31,372 nucleotides of DNA from a virus (taxonomy: Duplodnaviria; Caudoviricetes): IMG/VR virus record IMGVR_UViG_3300033146_004198, positions 1-31,372 of that record, one strand, 5' to 3'. Below, in pieces: positions 1 through 6,980 of this stretch. Positions within the stretch are counted from its first letter, which is position 1. The number at the start of each line of letters is the position of its first letter. The notes beneath the pieces were generated by a model. That model was not told where the DNA came from, did no database searches, and was given only the letters and a program-made list of their open reading frames with translations. The translations under genes and the position numbers were made by a program.

Positions 1-114
1 TCAAAATATTTATTAAATTTAATATATTCTGTTAAAACAGATTCAGCACTTTTTAAATCTTCATTACTTAATTCAGGGATAGGTAAATAATTTATATCAT
101 TATTAAAGATAAGA
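1..114. repeat. Terminal direct repeat (circular assembly overlap), copy 1
   Basis: 1-114 is identical to 31259-31372, and an ORF reads in frame through the join. Confidence 0.97.
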
Positions 115-623
115 AGTTCTTTTTTTACCTTATTTGCTGTATTTTTACCAAAAAAATCAAATTTGAATCTTACATTTTCTATTACATTTAAATCCATTAT
201 TACATTTAGAGCTATTTGAGTATTACATAGAGATAAAGTAGTACTCATCCATTTGCCATTCTTACTTTTATGTTTATTTGCTTCATATACAGTTTCTGGG
301 TAATAAACATAATCTATTAATTTAGTCATATCCATTTTTGAGTAATATTTTATTTCATTTTTATTATCAGCAACATCAACTCTAATAAACATTCTAGCTT
401 TTGTATCATAATAAATTTTATCATACATATCTAATAATATTGTTTTTTGTTGTTCTTCTATTAATCCTATTTCACCATCTAAATCTGTAAATGTAGGTTC
501 TACATATCCCACTTTATCAAGATATTGTGTTTCAACAAATGTAATTTCATCTGTCTTTCTTTTAAAATAATCTTCTGTATTGTTATTTAATTCTGATAAA
601 AAACTTTTTATATCATTTTTCAT
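1..623 (-). CDS. 5' part of SF3/D5-like replicative helicase (joins 31258..30319; about 520 aa in total)
   Basis: ATG at 623 with an AAGGA RBS. Manual translation MKNDIKSFLSELNNNTEDYF...SAESVLTEYIKFNKYFD stays open to base 1 and continues as LFNKLIVASMFASSRK at 31257. Confidence 0.85.
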   Translation of the reverse strand, partial: MKNDIKSFLSELNNNTEDYFKRKTDEITFVETQYLDKVGYVEPTFTDLDGEIGLIEEQQKTILLDMYDKIYYDTKARMFIRVDVADNKNEIKYYSKMDMTKLIDYVYYPETVYEANKHKSKNGKWMSTTLSLCNTQIALNVIMDLNVIENVRFKFDFFGKNTANKVKKELLIFNNDINYLPIPELSNEDLKSAESVLTEYIKFNKYF

Positions 624-636
624 TTTATATCCTTTT

Positions 637-714
637 TTTGTTTTCTTATTCTTATTATACAACATTTTTTATTAATTTATTTTAATTTTCACTTTTTTTT
701 GAAATTCTTTTAAA
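637..714 (-). promoter_or_regulatory. Early promoter cassette of the helicase gene (TTGTATAAT -10), duplicated at 3074-3151
   Basis: 654-714 matches 3091-3151 with 1 mismatch. The minus strand reads ATGTTGTATAAT...AAGAAAACAAA followed by an RBS. Confidence 0.8.
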
Positions 715-1432
715 ATAAACTCTCTAAATTGTTATTTTTTACATAAATTTTTATTTTTTCTATAATTTCTTTAACTTCTTTACTAAATCTTTCTTCTTTA
801 TTGATAAATGATATTAATAAATTATACTCCTCTTTATTAATTATATTATTACAGTATAAATCATCTAAAAAATTTAAAAAGTCATTATTTTCTTCATTTG
901 TAGTATTTTTCATAATAAAATTATCAAAAACATTTTCTTCACTTTGAAAATCATTAATTATTTCTGATTCAAAAATTTGTTGTTTTTTAGTAATAATATT
1001 ATCAAGTTTTGCCTTTTTAAATAATTCTTCTGACTTTTTAACAGAGATTTCATTATTTAATACTTTTATATTTAACTCCTTTTTTATATTATCTACTTTA
1101 ATCTTATTATAACCATACTTTTCCCAAAATTTATTTATATAAGGTATATGTATAATATCATGATTCATTATAGTGAATTTATATAAATGTTCATTAATTG
1201 TTTTATATACAAAACTTGTTATACTCATGCCTTTTTCCTTTTTGAATGTTGTGTGGGCTATTATAACACCTATCCAACTCTCTTGAAAAATATCTCTAAA
1301 ATCTTGTTTAGATTTATTCTTAAATTTGAATGATAACTTATAACACATATTTACATATTGTTCATAAGGATCATAGTTAAATCTTTCTGTTATTTGTTTG
1401 TTTGTTAAATAAATTCTTTCTATCTTTTTCAT
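710..1432 (-). CDS. Phage sigma70-like factor (region 2)
   Basis: DIFQESWIGVIIAHTTFKKEKGMSITSFVYKTI..HDIIHIP resembles sigma region 2 (DLIQEGNIGLxxAVEKFDxxKGxKFSTYAxWWI..RTIRIP). Confidence 0.75.
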   Translation of the reverse strand: MKKIERIYLTNKQITERFNYDPYEQYVNMCYKLSFKFKNKSKQDFRDIFQESWIGVIIAHTTFKKEKGMSITSFVYKTINEHLYKFTIMNHDIIHIPYINKFWEKYGYNKIKVDNIKKELNIKVLNNEISVKKSEELFKKAKLDNIITKKQQIFESEIINDFQSEENVFDNFIMKNTTNEENNDFLNFLDDLYCNNIINKEEYNLLISFINKEERFSKEVKEIIEKIKIYVKNNNLESLF

Positions 1433-1455
1433 TTTAAACCTTATATTATGTTATT

Positions 1456-1477
1456 TTTCTTACCATAGTATAACATA
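1456..1477 (-). promoter_or_regulatory. Extended -10 promoter TATGTTATACTATGGTAAGAAA
   Basis: The identical 22-mer occurs at 13298, 14899 and 18249. It contains TGnTATACT and lies upstream of an RBS and ATG. Confidence 0.8.
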
Positions 1478-1515
1478 ATATAAATGTTTTTATTAGAACA
1501 ATATGCAAAAATTAT

Positions 1516-1821
1516 TTATATCTTTATATTTCTTATATCATTTATAGATTTTAAGCCTTTTTTATACTCTTTTAATATTAATAAATCACATATATTATCA
1601 ACATATTCTTTAATTATAAAATAGAAAGTGTTTTGATTTTTCTTTTTATTAACAACATAATCAAGTTCTAATAATCTTTTTAATACAATCATATCAACTA
1701 ATGAATACTCAATATTAACTAATGTCTTCATACAATCTTCATATTTTTTAGGAAAAGTTTTATTTAATTTATTCTCTTCAACTCTTAATTCTTCTAATAA
1801 CTTAATTACTGTATTTCTCAT
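1516..1821 (-). CDS. Hypothetical protein
   Basis: 101-aa ORF overlapping the HU stop, with an AAGGA RBS. Confidence 0.7.
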   Translation of the reverse strand: MRNTVIKLLEELRVEENKLNKTFPKKYEDCMKTLVNIEYSLVDMIVLKRLLELDYVVNKKKNQNTFYFIIKEYVDNICDLLILKEYKKGLKSINDIRNIKI

Positions 1822-2108
1822 TTTATATCCTTTTTTTTGTTAGCTGCTTTTTTTAGACCTAGACCAGCCTTAAATTTTGGTATTGTTTTTTCTGAAGTTT
1901 CTATGATTTCACCTGAACCTGGAATTCTTACCTTTCTTTTAGAACGAATTACTGTTGAAAAAGTTCCAAAATTTTTAAATGTAATAGAATCTTCTTTTTC
2001 CATTACTTTATTTATTTCATTTAAAAAAGCATCTACTATTTTTGATACTTCCACCTTTTTAACTCCTGTTTTTTTTACAATATTTGTAATAAACTCTACT
2101 TTTTTCAT
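1818..2108 (-). CDS. hup: HU/IHF-family histone-like DNA-binding protein
   Basis: Contains the HU signature ITFKNFGTFSTVIRSKRKVRIPGSGEIIETSEKTIPKFKAGLGLK. Confidence 0.95.
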   Translation of the reverse strand: MKKVEFITNIVKKTGVKKVEVSKIVDAFLNEINKVMEKEDSITFKNFGTFSTVIRSKRKVRIPGSGEIIETSEKTIPKFKAGLGLKKAANKKKDIK

Positions 2109-2172
2109 TTTTTATCCTTTTTTTGTTTGTAAATTAGTTAAAATATAAATTATCAGTTTATATTTTAACAAC

Positions 2173-2215
2173 TTCTTATAACATTATACAACTTAAATTA
2201 ATAAGTTGTTCTTAA
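2173..2215 (-). promoter_or_regulatory. Promoter of the HU gene (GTTGTATAAT, upstream AAGAACA)
   Basis: The minus strand reads AAGAACAACTTATTAATTTAAGTTGTATAATGTTATAAGAA, similar to the cassettes at 637, 3074 and 7920. Confidence 0.65.
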
Positions 2216-2769
2216 ATTTCAAATTTTTTCAATATTTCTAATATTTTTTTATTTATTTTTGTAACATTATTTACTTTTTTCTTCTGACTTTCAATATATA
2301 TCATTATTTTTTCTTTTTCTTTTTCATTAATATTACCTTTTTTTATATTAAAATTAATTAGTTTTAATAATTCTTCACTTGAGTATTCTAAACTTTCTGT
2401 TTCAATATCAATAGATTCAGTTAATTCTTCTACATACATAACATTACTTGTTTTTATATCTTTATTATAGTAGTAATGTCTTGTATTTTTTATTGTTTGT
2501 TTTTCAATTAAAACATTAAATAAATGTAAAGATAGATATTTATTAACATAACCAAATTCACTTGAATTTTTACCAATATTTCTATAATTTTTAATAAGGG
2601 AAATAGTTAATATATAACACTCATTAAATATATCATTAAAATCATAAGTATTGTTATAACTTGAATACTTATGAGATATTTTATAAAAAAGATTCTTATA
2701 CTTATTTAGTATACCTTCATTTATATTTTTGTTTGTATACCCTTTATCTTTATTATAATGACTACACAT
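2212..2769 (-). CDS. Second, divergent sigma70-like protein
   Basis: YKNLFYKISHKY..YDFNDIFNECYILTISLIKNY..FGYVNKYL fits the sigma region 2.1-2.4 pattern and resembles 710..1432. Confidence 0.6.
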   Translation of the reverse strand: MCSHYNKDKGYTNKNINEGILNKYKNLFYKISHKYSSYNNTYDFNDIFNECYILTISLIKNYRNIGKNSSEFGYVNKYLSLHLFNVLIEKQTIKNTRHYYYNKDIKTSNVMYVEELTESIDIETESLEYSSEELLKLINFNIKKGNINEKEKEKIMIYIESQKKKVNNVTKINKKILEILKKFEI

Positions 2770-3058
2770 ATCTAAATCCTACATTGTATTTTTCATCCAA
2801 TCTTCTTATTATAACTCTTTGTGCATGATTATCAATCTGTAATCCTTCAAGTTTATTTCCATTTTTGAATAAGTTAAAATATATATCATCTAGACTTATT
2901 TCTCTTTTTTCTTGAGGTTTATTTTTTTCTTTTTCTAACTCTTCTATTTCTAACTCTACTAATAGTATTTGTTTATGTGTTTTAACTTCTATTTTTTCAG
3001 CTCTCATATAAGCTAACCTATCTTGTTCTGTCATGTTGTTTGCATCTGTAATTGTCAT
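2762..3058 (-). CDS. Hypothetical early protein
   Basis: 98-aa ORF with an AAGGA RBS and a promoter at 3074-3103. Confidence 0.75.
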   Translation of the reverse strand: MTITDANNMTEQDRLAYMRAEKIEVKTHKQILLVELEIEELEKEKNKPQEKREISLDDIYFNLFKNGNKLEGLQIDNHAQRVIIRRLDEKYNVGFRYV

Positions 3059-3073
3059 CTCATTTCCTTTTTG

Positions 3074-3151
3074 TTTGTTTTCTTATACTCATTATACAAC
3101 ATTTTTTATTAATTTATTTTAATTTTCACTTTTTTTTCAAATTCTTTTAAA
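3074..3151 (-). promoter_or_regulatory. Early promoter cassette
   Basis: 3074-3103 is identical to 7920-7949, and 3091-3151 is nearly identical to 654-714. Confidence 0.8.
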
Positions 3152-3421
3152 TTTCCCCTCTTTTTAACACAACATCTTCTGCATATAATGGTTTTGTCGG
3201 CTGAAAATAGGGAGTTGAATGTAAATAAAACAAATAAGTATAAAATAACCAATGTTTGCACATTGTTGATTTTATATAGCAAGAAAACACAAGAAAACAA
3301 CAAAAAGGCTTTTTTTTCTCTCTGATAATAACAACAATTAACAAAAAGGTTTTTATTTATAATGTAAAATATTAATAATAAATGTGTATTTTTATATTTT
3401 ATGTTTTTTTAATACCATTAA

Positions 3422-3634
3422 TATTTATTTTTAATACCATTATTTCTCATAGAACAAACATATATATATAGATAATGTATTTATATGGTAGATAATGTTA
3501 CTGGTATTTATTTTTAATACCATTATTTCTCATAGAACAACAATATATATATATAGATAATGTATTTATATGGTAGATAATGTTACTGGTATTTATTTTT
3601 AATACCATTATTTCTCATAGAACAACAATATATA
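3422..3634. repeat. Tandem repeat, ~84-bp unit, 2.5 copies
   Basis: Units start at 3422, 3505 and 3590 (TATTTATTTTTAATACCATTATTTCTCATAGAACAA...) and differ mainly in a TA run. Confidence 0.95.
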
Positions 3635-3859
3635 TTGTAAATAAAAAAAATTGGAACGTAAATAAAAGAAATAACTGATGATAAAGAATTAACTGATAAA
3701 ACTGATAAAACTAACTAAATATAATAAAAAATTTTTAATTTTTTTGCTATATGAAAGAAATAAATAATTTTTGCATGTTGTTCTACTACATTTTTAACAA
3801 CAATAACAACAATCTTACTTTCTCTTTTTATTAAAATAGTAATTAATCATAAATTATCA

Positions 3860-4354
3860 AACATTACCTAAACCAAAGGTGAGGTCTTAAAGTCCCTGAT
3901 AGCAGTTAGAATAGCCATTATTGAAAAAAGCTTAGGTGAGGTCTTAGGTGAGGTCTTCAAATGCCTCTATATAGGGTCTAACAGCAACTTTTTCTTAAGA
4001 CCTCACCTAAAAAGTGTCCAACTTCTTATATATTTTATATTTTTTATCTTTTTTTTCTTTTTTTTAAACAGTTTAAGTAAAATATATAATTATTTAATAA
4101 AATAAAGTCTAAACCCCTCTCTATGAGATACTTTGAAGACCTCACCTAAGACCTCACCTAAGATTTTTCTTTTTCTCTTAAAATAGTGGCATAAAAGCCT
4201 ATACAATGGACATCTTAGGACATTACCTAAAACATTACCTAAAGCTCTTAAAAAAAAGAGAGAATTAGCCCTTATTTTTTTAAAAAAAGAGTAGTTGTAG
4301 TTGTAGCAGAGGGATTTGAGTAGAAAAAAAAGACATTACCTAGACCTCACCTAA
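3860..4354. other. Putative replication origin with 12-bp iterons GAC(C/A)T(C/T)ACCTAA
   Basis: About 11 copies: 3860, 3876(-), 3932(-), 3944(-), 3999, 4138, 4150, 4219, 4231, 4332, 4343. A 31-bp perfect inverted repeat (3931-3961/4132-4162) flanks an AT-rich core. Confidence 0.75.
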
Positions 4355-4545
4355 ATTTTAGCACCATTTTCAAACTCTTATAAAATTGCTAAATGGAGAA
4401 AATTAACAGTTTTGTAACAAAAAACCCATAATTTTAAAGCATCAACAAGATTTAAGCCATTTTTAGTTGAATTTTAACAGTTTTTATTTATATTATTAGC
4501 AAGAATAATAGCTTATTTTTGTTGTTAAAGTATAAAAATATTAAA

Positions 4546-4583
4546 CTTAAAATAACCTTAAGTTTTTCTTAATTTAATCTTAA
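4546..4583. promoter_or_regulatory. CTTAA x4 at exact 11-bp spacing (OmpR/PhoB-like direct-repeat geometry)
   Basis: CTTAA occurs at 4546, 4557, 4568 and 4579. Confidence 0.4.
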
Positions 4584-5024
4584 GTTTTAAAATTAAATTA
4601 TTACGTTCCAATTTTTTTTATTAAAGACATGCAAAAATTTTTTATCTCTTTTCTTGTTCCAATTTTTTTATTGTTGTTCCATGAGAAATAATCATATTGA
4701 AAAAAGATGTGCAAAAATTATTTATTTTATTAAGGGTTGTTGTTCCACCAAAAGACTTATTTGATTAATTGTTTGTTCTCATAAACAAAATAGCTTTTTT
4801 ATTAAACAAAATAATGATTAAAAAATAACCATTTTTATTAACTGTTGTTGTTCTCCCATATAAAAATTACTTTATTAATGTAATAGTATTAAATATAAAA
4901 ATAATTTTTATATATTGTTCTACTACAAAACAAAAACCCATTTACAAACTGATGATATAAATATATCAATAAAAACCTTTTTAAAATTAATACAATTATT
5001 TAAGTTATAAATAAAAACTGTTTT

Positions 5025-5043
5025 GATAGTGATAATCATTATC
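5025..5043. promoter_or_regulatory. Fur box 1
   Basis: GATAGTGATAATCATTATC, 18/19 match to the consensus GATAATGATAATCATTATC. Confidence 0.75.
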
Positions 5044-5494
5044 GAAGAATAATAGAAATAACATGTTGTGATTTCATATTTCAGTATATTTAAATAGCCT
5101 TTTAAAGAGCTTTTTTATTATTGTTACTAAAATACACACATAAAAAGTATTTTATTAACAATAAATTTAACAATAATAAAAACTGATTTTTAAGTATTAT
5201 TATAGAAATATAAAAATAAAAAGCTATTTAAGATAAGAATAAGCCCATTACAAGGCAAATACTATTTTATATATTAACTGCTGCCAGTTTCAAAAGAATA
5301 TTTGTTTAAGACCTTTATTCAAAAAAAAGCGTTTTATTTAGTATAATTATTATATTTAATAAAAAGATTTTTATTCTCTGATAATAAATGTAATAATAAA
5401 TACCTTTTTATTTAGTATAATTATTAGGTATAAAAAAAACACCTTTTTGTTAATGTAGTAATTTTGTAGTAATTTAATTTTTAAAAATCTATTT

Positions 5495-5513
5495 GATAAT
5501 AATAATCATTATC
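5495..5513. promoter_or_regulatory. Fur box 2
   Basis: GATAATAATAATCATTATC, 18/19 match. Confidence 0.75.
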
Positions 5514-5872
5514 GATAAAGATAAAACAGTTTTTATTCTATGATAGTATTAATAGTATTAAAAATCTTTTTATTTATATTAGTTATATTGTTTAAGAAAA
5601 AATTAAGTTTTATTGTGTTACATATTTACACATATTAAAAACCTTTTTATTTGTTGTAATAATATATGCAAAAATTATTTTTATATTCTGATGATATAAT
5701 ATTTGTATAGTTTCTTAAGCTAATATACTAATAATATATATTAAACAAAACTCTTTTTGTTTATGTTATAATTATCAGAGAATTAAATAGCAGTTTATTT
5801 AGTGTTAGTAATTACAGTAATTAAATATCTTTTTGTATAGTGAATATGAATAAGAATAAAATACTCTTTCTC

Positions 5873-5891
5873 GATAATGATTATTATTATC
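5873..5891. promoter_or_regulatory. Fur box 3
   Basis: GATAATGATTATTATTATC; reverse complement is an 18/19 match. Confidence 0.75.
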
Positions 5892-6157
5892 AATAAAGAA
5901 AAATATATTTGTTTATAGTAATTATATTAGATAATAAATAGGTTTTTATTCTGTGTTAATTATATGGTATAATAAATAGCATTTTATTTAGTATGAGAAC
6001 AACAACCCTTAAAAGCTTTTTTATTCTTATTGTTAAATGTATTAAATAAAAACCTTTTTGTTTATATATGTGAGAGATATGGAAGTTATATAACTAATTA
6101 AAAAGCTTTTTATTTAATATATATATTATTAGTAATAAATAACTTTTTTGTTGTAAC

Positions 6158-6176
6158 GATAATGATTATTATTATC
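6158..6176. promoter_or_regulatory. Fur box 4
   Basis: GATAATGATTATTATTATC; reverse complement is an 18/19 match. Confidence 0.75.
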
Positions 6177-6258
6177 AACAAACTTATTTAAAAAGATTTT
6201 TATTTAATATATTATCATGGTTAATTAAAAGCTTATTAAAAAGCTTATTTATTTAAAC

Positions 6259-6277
6259 GATAATAACAATCAATATC
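6259..6277. promoter_or_regulatory. Fur-like box 5
   Basis: GATAATAACAATCAATATC, 16/19 match. Confidence 0.6.
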
Positions 6278-6400
6278 AAATAGATATTTATTTATATATT
6301 AAGTATTAGAATTAATAAAAAGATTTTTTGTTTTGTAGTAGAACAATATGTTAAATAAATTTATTTTTTATGGGAACATAAACAGTTTATTAAAATCTTT

Positions 6401-6444
6401 TTTATTTATTATTTATTTATTATTTATTTATTATTTATTTATTG
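6401..6444. repeat. 11-bp tandem repeat (TTTATTTATTA)x4
   Basis: Units start at 6401, 6412, 6423 and 6434. Confidence 0.9.
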
Positions 6445-6762
6445 TTTAATTAAATAAGTTTTTGTTGAGTGTTAAGACTACCCCACCCTAGAAATAGTTT
6501 TTGGGTATGGGGAAATTAGCCAAAATATAATCTGAAGATTTTAAGTCCATATCCTTTTGGAGTATACAATAAATATTTATTTAATTATATACCCAGGAAT
6601 AACACAAGTAACTGTTATCAAACAAATATTTATTAAGTGAGTAATTAGTTGAATTAAACTTTTATTTGATTACAAGGCATTATAGAGGTATAAATAAATA
6701 GTATTTTTATTTAATTAATAGAACATCAAACAAGAAAGAACAAAAATCCTTATAATTTAAAC

Positions 6763-6781
6763 GATAATAACAATCAATATC
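6763..6781. promoter_or_regulatory. Fur-like box 6
   Basis: GATAATAACAATCAATATC, identical to box 5 including the upstream ATTTAAAC. Confidence 0.6.
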
Positions 6782-6836
6782 AATAAGAAAGAAAGATTTT
6801 ACATTATAAAGTATTAAAAAAGAATATATCTTTCTC

Positions 6837-6855
6837 GATAATGATTATTATTATC
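6837..6855. promoter_or_regulatory. Fur box 7
   Basis: GATAATGATTATTATTATC; shares the CTTTCTC and AATAAA flanks with box 3. Confidence 0.75.
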
Positions 6856-6928
6856 AATAAATAGTATTTTTATAATAAAAAGAAAGAAATAATTTTTGCA
6901 TATTGTTCTAAAAAGAAAAAAAAGAAGA

Positions 6929-6957
6929 ATGGTATAAAAAATAAGCTTTTATACCAT
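6929..6957 (-). terminator. Intrinsic terminator after the HNH gene
   Basis: 11-bp stem ATGGTATAAAA/TTTTATACCAT followed by a T-rich tract on the minus strand. Confidence 0.65.
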
Positions 6958-6980
6958 ATAAGTGATTAAATTTTAAACAA

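Larger units (their letters stand above)
4749..6466. repeat. Degenerate ~38-bp-period array of the palindrome AATAAAAA-NN-TTTTTATT with variable spacers
   Basis: About 40 copies read by eye. Example centres are 5752, 5790, 5828, 5864, 5904, 5941, 5979, 6016 and 6053. Confidence 0.75.

Noticed and set aside
1-114. Biological direct terminal repeat or att site
   Set aside because: It falls in the middle of the helicase ORF, which is typical of an assembler circular overlap.
1837-2148. ORF on the + strand
   Set aside because: Antisense shadow of the HU gene.
3055-3063. Minigene ATG-AGA-TGA (-) overlapping the 3058 start
   Set aside because: It is too close to the RBS, and spacing favours ATG 3058.
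3109-3344. ORFs 3109..3303 and 3147..3344 (-)
   Set aside because: No AAGGA RBS, non-ATG starts, mutual overlap, and they run over a promoter cassette.
3651-3670. Sigma54 promoter (TTGGAAC), also at 4601-4611 on the minus strand
   Set aside because: No TTGC at the -12 position in either copy.
4749-6466. CRISPR array
   Set aside because: The repeats are ~18 bp and highly degenerate, spacers are ~20 bp and recur internally, and there are no cas genes. Reported instead as a non-CRISPR phased array.
3060-6980. Hidden coding region under an alternative genetic code
   Set aside because: It is dense in TAA on both strands and dominated by repeats, and genes elsewhere are intact under code 11.
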